Below are positions 50,521-58,527 of a DNA stretch of 64,000 nt, piece after piece. The number at the start of each line of letters is the position of its first letter. Position 1 is the stretch's first letter. The translations under genes and the position numbers were made by a program. Origin of the DNA: an uncultured Gemmatimonadota bacterium (GTDB taxonomy: Bacteria > SM23-81 > DAOVCL01); the NCBI GenBank assembly GCA_964626665.1, contig CAZVGK010000010.1:22850-86849 (forward strand), read 5' to 3'. The notes under the pieces are model-generated. The model did not search any database. It had not been told where the DNA came from and saw nothing but the letters and a program-made list of their open reading frames with translations.

Positions 50521-50811
50521 AACATAGTGCAGCAAAGCCGCAACCAAAGAATCATCGTGTCGTTATCGTAGCTCGTTACTCGTTCCCCCTGAACCCTACG
50601 CTTCTACCCCCGCTAAAGCGGGGGGTAACTTCTTCTGGGCTTTAGCCCGTTAACCGCGCTGAAGTAAGGTAGAAATGTTTTACTCATCACCCCCCGAAAA
50701 AACTTTGCACAAAACTCGTTACTCATGAAGTCCTCGATGTTTAGGCTTTTTCGTCATTTGAAATTAGGATTTCGTCATTAACTTAAGACCCGCGCTAAAG
50801 TGCGGTAGAAG
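50521..50811. repeat. Nested repeat cluster between ftsL and ftsI
   Basis: GCAAAGCCGCAACCAAA...AAAACTTTGC frame with CTTCTAC/GTAGAA hairpin units and TCGT heptamers. Confidence 0.7.
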
Positions 50812-50907
50812 TCTGTTCCTCAAGGTGGCCCGAGAATTTTTGTAAAAGAGCAAAAGCAGTGGAGGGACGGAATCTATCCCCTGCAAGCCATAGATGACCT
50901 TTAAGAC

Positions 50908-51228
50908 TTATCTGCTTTTCTTGTTGGCCGTTCCCCTTTGCCCCTCCTTTGAGGGAGAGCTGATCAAGAAGGTGACATTTTTTGGGGGGGGATAGGAAAA
51001 CCCCCACCCTTGAGCTATTTTCTCCAACCTTTGTGGATGGGATAGTTGAACCCATCTAATCAAGAGCTGTTTGTTCTTCTCCTCTATTTGTTTCCTGGTC
51101 TCTTTCAAAGAGTGAATCCTTTGGCTGAGCTGGGTGATGTAAAGCTTCTGCCAGAGATGGGCTAGGACCAGAAGAGTTATGATGAAAAGGGCGAAAATAA
51201 ACCCCCTTCCTCCTTTGCTCCCCTTCAT
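50908..51228 (-). CDS. ftsL: Cell division protein FtsL
   Basis: TM helix, coiled coil, 'LSHPQRLEKIA'; position between rsmH and ftsI. Confidence 0.9.
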   Translation of the reverse strand: MKGSKGGRGFIFALFIITLLVLAHLWQKLYITQLSQRIHSLKETRKQIEEKNKQLLIRWVQLSHPQRLEKIAQGWGFSYPPPKNVTFLISSPSKEGQRGTANKKSR

Positions 51229-52115
51229 AATTTGTTCGGTGGGTTTTTCTCTATCCCCCTTAGCTTCGCTCCCCTGGCCCGGGGGTTAGCCTTGATCTCC
51301 TCGGGAGAGGGGCGGATTACCTTTCTGGTCAGTATCTTTCCCTGTGGTAATCCTTTGAAGGTTTCCTTTACCATTCTGTCTTCCAGAGAATGATAGGAGA
51401 TGGCACAGATCCTTCCCTCTACTTTAAGGATCTTCCAAGCCTTTTTTAGGCCATTCCTTAACTGATTGAGCTCGTCATTGACCTCTATTCTTATTGCCTG
51501 GAAGCTGCGGGAGAGTCCTTTTATCCTGTGGGGGGGAGGGAAAATAGGCGCTATAATGCTGGCCAATTGCCTGGTTGAGGAAATCCTCTTTCTCCTTCTC
51601 TCTTGGTCTATCCTCCGAGCTATCCTTTTGGCCCTTGGTTCCTCCCCATATTCCCTGAGGAGGAGGGCAAGTTTTTCCTGGGAATATTCGTTGATCACTT
51701 CTTCGGCGGTTACCCCTGCTGTTTGGTCTATTCTCATATCCAGAGGGCCATCAATTAGGTAGCTAAATCCCCTATGAGGAGAGTTGATCTGGTGCCAGGA
51801 AAGGCCTAAGTCAAAGAGAAATCCCTGGAAGCTTACTTCCTTAACCATTTGGGGAAGCCTCTCCAGTTGCCCAAACCTAAGCTGCAGAAGGGTTAGCCTG
51901 GAGGAGTATCCTCGTAACGCCTGATGGGAGTAATTGAGGGCCTCTTGGTCGGCGTCAATTCCGATTAGCCTCCCTTTGGTTTGCTTCAAAATCCCTCGGG
52001 CATGGCCGCCACCACCTATGGTGCAATCTACATAGGTTCCTCTCTTATCGGTTAAGAGGAGATCCAGAACCTCATCCTGGAGAACAGGCTGGTGATAAGT
52101 GGCGGTTTCATCCAC
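51225..52115 (-). CDS. rsmH: 16S rRNA m4C1402 methyltransferase
   Basis: 'HQPVL', 'DCTIGGGGH', 'GPLDMR', 'FQAIRIEVN', 'SYHSLEDR'; GTG start overlaps the mraZ stop. Confidence 0.98.
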   Translation of the reverse strand: MDETATYHQPVLQDEVLDLLLTDKRGTYVDCTIGGGGHARGILKQTKGRLIGIDADQEALNYSHQALRGYSSRLTLLQLRFGQLERLPQMVKEVSFQGFLFDLGLSWHQINSPHRGFSYLIDGPLDMRIDQTAGVTAEEVINEYSQEKLALLLREYGEEPRAKRIARRIDQERRRKRISSTRQLASIIAPIFPPPHRIKGLSRSFQAIRIEVNDELNQLRNGLKKAWKILKVEGRICAISYHSLEDRMVKETFKGLPQGKILTRKVIRPSPEEIKANPRARGAKLRGIEKNPPNKL

Positions 52116-52590
52116 CTTGAGCAGGGTTTTTAGCAATATTTATGGCTTGAAAGAATGTATGGTCCATCTCCTTTTCCACCTGGTTCCTGTTGTCCGTCTT
52201 ATTTCTTGCATCTTTTCTCACCTCAGGATCCCATATCTCAATCCTTGCTCCCACCCCTATCAAGAGGACATCTTTGTTAAGTTTACCCATCTCAATGAGT
52301 CCCTTGCTCAGGCTTGTTCTTCCCTGCCTATCATACTTTGATTCGATCATGAACTCGTTTAGGTAGCTTTTCAGTTCGCTATTTTCTAAATTCTCTGGTA
52401 TGGCTTCAAAGCTTTCCTCAATTTTTATCCACTCGTCTAAGGGGTAGGCATACAGACATCCCCTGGTTCCGCGGGTAATAACAAATGTTTCCTCTGCCTC
52501 TGGGGAAATGTTCCTTCTGAATTTGGCCGGAATGATTATCCTTCCCTTCTCGTCAAGTTTGGATTCGCTTCTTCCTCTAAATCTGGACAT
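52108..52590 (-). CDS. mraZ: Transcriptional regulator MraZ
   Basis: 'LDEKGRIIIPAKFR', 'DRQGR', 'IEIWD'; start at ATG 52590. Confidence 0.96.
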   Translation of the reverse strand: MSRFRGRSESKLDEKGRIIIPAKFRRNISPEAEETFVITRGTRGCLYAYPLDEWIKIEESFEAIPENLENSELKSYLNEFMIESKYDRQGRTSLSKGLIEMGKLNKDVLLIGVGARIEIWDPEVRKDARNKTDNRNQVEKEMDHTFFQAINIAKNPAQGG

Positions 52591-52597
52591 AAAAAAT

Positions 52598-52668
52598 TCC
52601 CCCTTTTTTTCCACAATACACCACTCTTCACCACAGGCTATATTACAACTACCATTCTCCCCTGTCAA
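52598..52668 (-). promoter_or_regulatory. dcw promoter and MraZ operator
   Basis: TTGACA-17-TAATAT, followed by GTGG boxes at 10-bp spacing (52611, 52621, 52631). Confidence 0.85.
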
Positions 52669-53574
52669 GGGGAAAATCAGATTTTTTTCAGAAATTTCCC
52701 TTTATGCCCGATCCATTCATAAACTAATAGTAACCTGCTGAAATTTAGTATCTTATGGATAATCCTGTAGGGACAAACCAAACGCTCCTTGTGGATGTTA
52801 TCATCCACAAGGAGCTGGGAGGCATCTCCCCTGGGCGGAGCCTCGGGCAAGCCTGATGCCAATCATTATCGAGGTCCGGAGACCTCTCCCACATTTAACC
52901 CCAAATTCAAAAAGGCCAGCTCCCCTCTCGAGGATACTGGCCTTTATTAGGTATTCCTTACACTTCCTCCCTTCCCTGGCAGGAGGGTAGTTGCAACCTC
53001 GTAGGTTGCGAAAACACGCAGACTGAAGTCTGCGGCTACCTCAAAAGTACCATCTTACGGATAGCGGTGAACTCCTTGGCCTCAAGGACTTTTGTATGGT
53101 CGGATTCATCCGGCCCGCTTTACGAGTTTGATAGGTCGAATCCATACATTAGTTTTATCTGAGAGGTTAGTCTTAGCCTAGACCATACCAGGTTTAAGGG
53201 GAGAGCCGGGTTGCAAAGAATCGTTGGGTGCGATCAAAGGTAAGCCAGTTTTTTTGTTTAAGGACCATCACATACAAGGATTGAGAAGGAACAACAGGGA
53301 TTGAAAGGCAACTTAAGAGAGGGGTGGTTCTCCCTCCTTATGGCTTTCTGTGTGAGTTTAAGGTCCACTGGGCTGAAAAATCAGGGCCAAAGACCCGTTG
53401 GGGGAAAGGGATAAATCCTAATGATAACCCAACATTGGCTTTTTAGATAGATTAGGTAGAGAGGAAGGGGCACGATATCACTGGTCATATCAATGAGGTC
53501 AGGCTGAAAAGTAGAAAGTAAGGACACAGATTAAGGCAAGCCCAAAATGCTTGACACTTTCTGCCCCACCGTAC

Positions 53575-53811
53575 CTTATTTCCGAGATGGCAGTTGGCCG
53601 TTGGCGTTCATGGCTCAGGTCTCCAACATCTCCGGAGGGTTGGTGAAGACCTTGGTGGATGAGGACTAACCGCCTGGGTTATATGCTGTTAGGTGGGATG
53701 GTAAGAGCTCGCACGGCAAAATGTGGGGAGCGGGTTCTATTTTTGTAGGTTACAAGTGATAGGTGACAGGTTAGAGGTAAAGAAGCGAAGGAAGTAGTGC
53801 TGTTGAGATAG
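53575..53811 (+). pseudogene. Degenerate FlgD/T9SS-A-like C-terminal domain
   Basis: DNA similarity to 56700-56899 (TGGGATGGTAAG...TCTATTTTTGTAGGTTA...GTGATAGGTGA) with stops and an indel. Confidence 0.75.
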
Positions 53812-54202
53812 AATTCGCTTTATTCCTAGGTCGTTTTATGCGGCCTTCAGTGGGTTTGTAAATTGGTGTCTCCATTTTCTGAGCGACTGAGCCGTATGTC
53901 GGGGACCAACCTTTGGTTCATTGGCTCAAGAGCAGAATTGAGCACCCCGGGCAGCGAAACTGGCCGTACGGGGTGCAATCATATTTGGAGGGATATTGAA
54001 CTTGACATCTGGGCAAGAAAATGGTAGATTTGAAGATAAAGAAGGGCAAAATTTTTCATAAGAGCCAATATCCAGCTCACCAAGGGAGGTGTTTAAAATA
54101 AAAAAGTTTCGAAGCGTCCCAAAAAGTTGACATATCTTGGGGGGGGACCGTTCCGAGGTTGTGTGATTCTCATTTTTGATGCAAAGCATCAGTAGTAGTG
54201 CT

Positions 54203-54288
54203 TGTGGGAATGTGGATAACTGCTTTGCAGTTATCCAAGTGGTTGTGGGAAAGTACGATACTTTTCCACAACCACGGCATTTCCACAA
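54203..54288. repeat. Palindromic GTGGGAATGTGGATAAC...CATTTCCAC element
   Basis: Nested stems GGATAACTGC/GCAGTTATCC and GTGGTTGTGG.AAAG/CTTT.CCACAACCAC. Confidence 0.6.
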
Positions 54289-54457
54289 GGTGAAGATCTT
54301 CAGGATCAGCGGCCATAGTCCCATTATCCAACTTTGCGACAAACTCTAGAGTGGTATGTCAACTTTCTGGGACGCTTCCAAAAGTTTAATAGCTTCGTGA
54401 CCGTTTCCCTCTTTTTTTTTAGGGATCTTTTTCTTCACCAGCCTTGTCGTAGCCCAG

Positions 54458-56899
54458 ATGATCGCCGATATCACCGAGGATGTGGAGACGGAGTTCGGCA
54501 CCTATCATCCCCAGATAGTGGAGGTCACGCCTGTGGCCCACCACTATGTCATAGAACCGGGGTTTGCCAATGTAGTGAATTTTGCCGATTTCAGCTTTTC
54601 AGCGGTCGAGGAATCTCTTCTGCTGAAGAATGCCTTCGTGGCTAAACCCTCAAGCTATATGGAAGTCTATGACATCTACAATGAGTGCACTGAAATGGGA
54701 ACCCCTATCTTTGTTACCACCGATGCCTTGCTTCATATCTACCACCGGTTTTACGACCGCCTCCTAAGGACTGCCGAGGAGCGCCAGTTTTACGGCGATT
54801 TGACAGAGCTTACCGAGGCACTTTACGAGAATTCGGACTCCCTCTATCAGGCCGCCGGGGATTCTGTGGTCAGAGATGCCTTGCGGCTGAACGTGGCCTA
54901 CCTGGGGGTGGCCCGCGCCCTCATAGATAGCCAATATCAACCACCGGCCTACATACAGGACTTGGTCAGTGCCGAATCCGACCTGATTGAAACCCACGAG
55001 GGTTTCTCCTATTCACCCATCTTTTGCTACTCGGAAGACTATAGCCAATATCTGCCCAGAGGTCATTACACTCGATCGGATTCGCTCAGATCATACTTCC
55101 AGGCGATGATGTGGCTGGGGAGGATGACCTTCATTATCGAAAGTCCACCCTTTCCGATCCCCTGTGACGTGGACAGCCTCATTCATGAATCCACCAGGAA
55201 GGCCATCCTGTTGGTTTATTCCCTGCAGAACACAACCGTGGGGGGTGAACCTGCCCTGGATGTTTGGGAGAGAATCTACCTTCCGACTGTATTTTTTGTG
55301 GGGAGGACAGATGACCTAAACATCTACCAATACCTCCCGATTATGAAGCAAATATACGGTGAGGGCTTTGCCTCCCTCCCGGTAGATACCTTTGCCGACG
55401 ACTCCTTGGTAAACCAGTTTCTGGACTCTGCCAGGGAGCTTCCTGACCCAAGGATCCCCACAAGGGCGGCAAAGGGGTTTAGGCTTATGGGACAGAGGTT
55501 CATTCCCGATTCCTATATCCTCTCTCAGTTGACCACAAAAGTGGACCGACCTATGCCTAAGGGGTTGGATGTGATGTCTGTCCTGGGATCGGAAAGGGCC
55601 TACGGGATTATGGATAGTATATACCATGAGCCCGATTGTTATCCGCTCTATGCCCCGGTAATGGATTCGCTCAAGGCCGAGTTCGCTGCCCTTCCGGACG
55701 CAACTTGGGCGCAGGATCTCTACTACAACTGGCTATATTCCCTTATGCCCCTGCTCTTTGCCAAAGGCGGTGGTTATCCCACCTTTATGCGGAATCAGGC
55801 CTGGACCGACAGGGAGCTCTATGCGGCCCTTGGTTCATGGACTGAACTGAGGCATGACACCATCCTCTACGGCAAGCAGAGCCTTTACGAGGGGGCGTAC
55901 CGGAGGTATGAGTTTAACTGTTATGTTGAGCCGAACCCCTATCTCTTTGCCAGACTGGCCTCTCTGGTGAATCTGATGGGACAGGGATTAGATGAACTTG
56001 GTTTGCTATTTGATGACTTTGGAGAGAGGCTCTCAGACTTAGAGCTTCTTCTTCTTTGCCTGAAAGCAATGGCCGAAAAGGAGTTGGTCAATCAGACCCT
56101 GACCACCGAGGAGTATGAACTCTTGGCCAATATAGGGGTAATTCTGGAGAGCTTGGTCGATTTCGGTCAACCCTATCCAATGCGCATCACAGCAGGGCCA
56201 CACTACTCGGATGATGATCAGATGCCTCTGGTGGCCGATGTGCACACCTATGGAGAAGGGGAACAATGCCTGGAAGAAGGCATTGGATATCCGTTCAACC
56301 TCTTTGTGATCGTGGAGATCAATGGAGAGCTCAAGGTCACCAGGGGAGCTGGATTCTCCTATTTCGAGTTCATCCAGCCTATCTCCGAGAGGTTGACCGA
56401 TGAGGCCTGGAGGGAGATTCTCCAAACGGATTCTCCAGATCCACTGGTTTGGTCGGCAAGTTTTGTCGATTTAGACCAGGGTTTCACCGTCCCCTCCCCC
56501 ATCCACTACCCCTTGTCTGACAACCATCTCATCCCTGACATCGATACCACTGGTATAGTGGAAGATAACGGCCAAGGATCAACGCTTCCCCTTAGCTTTG
56601 AGATATACCAGAACTACCCCAACCCATTTAATGCTAATACCGTTATTCGTTATTCGATTCCAGATAGGGATAGAGAAATGAGCCTGCACCACACCACCCT
56701 CAAGATCTACAACATAACAGGCCAGGAGGTGAGGACCCTGGTTGCTGGGAATCAACTACCGGGACTGCATACAGTTATCTGGGATGGTAAGGGTGCGCAC
56801 GGCCAAGATGTGGGGAACGGGGTCTATTTTTGTAGGTTAGAGGTGATAGGTGATGGGTTGAAGGTTGAAAGAACAAGGAAGATGGTCTTGTTGCGGTAA
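54458..56899 (+). CDS. DUF3160-family protein with FlgD/T9SS-A-like C-terminal domain; N-terminus apparently disrupted
   Basis: 'PIFVTTD..LH.YH', 'DYSQY.PRGHYT', 'YFQAMMW.GR', 'FRLMGQRF..DS', 'SWTELRHDTILY.KQS', 'YVEPNP'. Confidence 0.88.
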   Translation: MIADITEDVETEFGTYHPQIVEVTPVAHHYVIEPGFANVVNFADFSFSAVEESLLLKNAFVAKPSSYMEVYDIYNECTEMGTPIFVTTDALLHIYHRFYDRLLRTAEERQFYGDLTELTEALYENSDSLYQAAGDSVVRDALRLNVAYLGVARALIDSQYQPPAYIQDLVSAESDLIETHEGFSYSPIFCYSEDYSQYLPRGHYTRSDSLRSYFQAMMWLGRMTFIIESPPFPIPCDVDSLIHESTRKAILLVYSLQNTTVGGEPALDVWERIYLPTVFFVGRTDDLNIYQYLPIMKQIYGEGFASLPVDTFADDSLVNQFLDSARELPDPRIPTRAAKGFRLMGQRFIPDSYILSQLTTKVDRPMPKGLDVMSVLGSERAYGIMDSIYHEPDCYPLYAPVMDSLKAEFAALPDATWAQDLYYNWLYSLMPLLFAKGGGYPTFMRNQAWTDRELYAALGSWTELRHDTILYGKQSLYEGAYRRYEFNCYVEPNPYLFARLASLVNLMGQGLDELGLLFDDFGERLSDLELLLLCLKAMAEKELVNQTLTTEEYELLANIGVILESLVDFGQPYPMRITAGPHYSDDDQMPLVADVHTYGEGEQCLEEGIGYPFNLFVIVEINGELKVTRGAGFSYFEFIQPISERLTDEAWREILQTDSPDPLVWSASFVDLDQGFTVPSPIHYPLSDNHLIPDIDTTGIVEDNGQGSTLPLSFEIYQNYPNPFNANTVIRYSIPDRDREMSLHHTTLKIYNITGQEVRTLVAGNQLPGLHTVIWDGKGAHGQDVGNGVYFCRLEVIGDGLKVERTRKMVLLR

Positions 56900-56926
56900 G
56901 GACAACAGCGGATCTCTGATTATAGG

Positions 56927-56968
56927 CAAAAGAGGGGAGGCGAAAACAAGTTTCACCTCCCCTCTTTG
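56927..56968. terminator. Bidirectional intrinsic terminator
   Basis: AAAAGAGGGGAGGCGAAA-ACAAG-TTTCACCTCCCCTCTTT between convergent genes. Confidence 0.8.
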
Positions 56969-57024
56969 TATCTTTGGAGAGTGGGCGATATCCCCATTCC
57001 CTCAGGATGACCTAAACGTTCAAG

Positions 57025-57285
57025 CTAAAGGGAAGCTTTCCTTATCAGATTTTCGATGAAGAGGCGACTTTTCTTTGCTTTGATTTCCCTTTCCCTTTTT
57101 ACTGCTTCTTTCCGGCTACTATATTCCTCCAGATAAACTAAATGCCATGGACCTTGACCCTTTGTGAACTTAGAGCGGTTCTGGTTATGCCACCTCAAGC
57201 GGTCTTCAGGGTGGGAGATCTGCCCTACGTAGAATCTAGCGGTCTTTTCACTCTGGAGGATATAAAGATAAAAGCTTGTGCCCAT
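57025..57285 (-). CDS. Stand-alone GIY-YIG nuclease
   Basis: 'FYLYIL......FYVG', 'RLRWHN', 'EAVKREREIK'; ATG lies 8 nt after tRNA-Val. Confidence 0.9.
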   Translation of the reverse strand: MGTSFYLYILQSEKTARFYVGQISHPEDRLRWHNQNRSKFTKGQGPWHLVYLEEYSSRKEAVKREREIKAKKSRLFIENLIRKASL

Positions 57286-57293
57286 TAGGGAAG

Positions 57294-57367
57294 TGGGCGA
57301 TACTGGATTTGAACCAGTGACCTCTTGCATGTCAAGCAAGCACTCTAACCATCTGAGCTAATCGCCC
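57294..57367 (-). tRNA. tRNA-Val(GAC)
   Basis: GGGCGATTAGCTCAG...CTTGC-TTGACAT-GCAAG...GGTTCAAATCC...ATCGCCCA; CCA not encoded. Confidence 0.97.
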
Positions 57368-57842
57368 TCTTGGAACAGCCTCCAGTGGTCAGTTTCCAGA
57401 GGTCAGGGAAAATCCGTGACAACCGACAAACATCTAACTGCTGATCCCTGACTGTCATGAGAGGGAAGAGCAATGGAGCTGAGGCCCAGACTCCGCCGCC
57501 CTCGGTCAATAGCCTCCTACATTCTTAATTTTACATTCGAGCTTCGCTCGTCTCTCAATATGCAAGGATTTTGCTAAAAACGGCAACGAGCTTCAACCAT
57601 TGGAGGAGATTAAGATCTAGGTTGACAGTTTGGATGTTTGTAACTTGTTTAAAATCAACGATTTTGCTGGGCGATATGAAAAGCCGCGCCTTTGGCATAA
57701 TAATTGCAAATTGTCTATCTTTGAAGACGGCCTCCGCACAAAGCTTACCACCCCCAGATTCCCTGCTGCATCAGGCGCTACTGTGGACTAGCCCCTATCG
57801 TTTGAGTCCAAACTACGCCTGGTCACCAGCAGGGAATTTTTT

Positions 57843-57929
57843 TGCCGAGGGCCGGGCTCGAACCGGCACGTCCAAAAATGGACAGCGGATTTTAAGTCCG
57901 CTGCGTCTACCAAATTCCGCCACCCCGGC
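57843..57929 (-). tRNA. tRNA-Leu(TAA)
   Basis: GCCGGGGTGGCGGAA...GCGGA-CTTAAAA-TCCGC, long variable arm, GGTTCGAGCCC; CCA not encoded. Confidence 0.97.
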
Positions 57930-58004
57930 CTATTATAATTTCAACGATTTAGTCCATCTCTTCTTCACTATCAGAATTGCTACTGCCCATTTTCTGCCCA
58001 TAAA

Positions 58005-58244
58005 TTAGGTCTCCATTGTCGCCCTTTTAAATCTCTTCTCAAACTTCCGCACTGCTTCTGCCTTGTGACTGTGACTGAGGTGAGCGTATCTTAGCGTCAT
58101 CCTATAGGTCTGGTGTCTCATAAATTCCCTCACATTGGCAAGACCTACCTCGGACATAATCAGATGGCGGTTGAAGGTATGTCACAAGGAATGAAAAGTG
58201 CAGTGCTTAGTACCCCTTTTCTCAAGAGCCTTAGCAAGATTTTT
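58005..58244 (-). pseudogene. Tyrosine recombinase (phage-integrase type) C-terminal remnant
   Basis: Hand translation ...TFHSL*HTFNRHLIMSEVGLANVREFMRHQTYRMTLRYAHLS...; the HxLR Arg codon is TGA at 58182-58184. Confidence 0.85.
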
Positions 58245-58454
58245 GGGGACACCATACTAATTTATGTTTTTGGCTTTCTGCCCGGTTTTTTGTAGCTGCA
58301 TAGTCTTCATCTAAGAAGAGGGTTTGCTGCCTTCTGTTGCCCCGTTGCGTAATATGGCGGGGTAAGCCCGGCGCAAGGCCCCTTGCTATTCTTGCCATAT
58401 GGGTTAATTTAGTTGTGTGCCATGTTTATGTCAAGAAATAAGTATGGTGTCCCC
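58245..58454 (-). mobile_element. Internally deleted RAYT (Y1 HUH transposase) element with terminal inverted repeats
   Basis: GGGGACACCATACTAATTT / AAATAAGTATGGTGTCCCC ends. Interior reads MARIAR..APGLPRHITQR/GNRRQQTLFLDEDY (two frameshifts), then KKPGRKPKT*. Confidence 0.8.
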
Positions 58455-58527
58455 GGAATTCCCCCGGAATTCTCCCCCATCATTATATTCGTGTTCAATT
58501 CAAATTGTCCATATCCGCTCCTTTCGA

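Noticed and set aside
54203-54288. oriC suggested by DnaA-box-like TGTGGATAA and TTTTCCACA
   Set aside because: The boxes are arms of one compact palindrome; no dnaA/dnaN nearby and no clear unwinding element.
53690-56899. DGR template/variable repeat pair (53690-53811 versus the 3' end of the DUF3160 gene)
   Set aside because: Mismatches involve all four bases and include an indel; no reverse transcriptase in the window. A decayed paralog fits better.
57286-57339. N-terminal extension of the GIY-YIG ORF in the ORF track
   Set aside because: It is a translation of tRNA-Val; the real start is ATG 57285.
58182-58184. Selenocysteine or recoded TGA in the integrase
   Set aside because: The position corresponds to the catalytic Arg (CGA to TGA), other motifs are decayed, and TGA is a normal stop elsewhere in the window.
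58005-58244. Integron integrase intI for the attC array
   Set aside because: C-terminal motif is phage-integrase type (MTLRYAHLS) rather than IntI-type (TTMIYTHV), and it lies at the distal end of the array in the same orientation as the cassettes.
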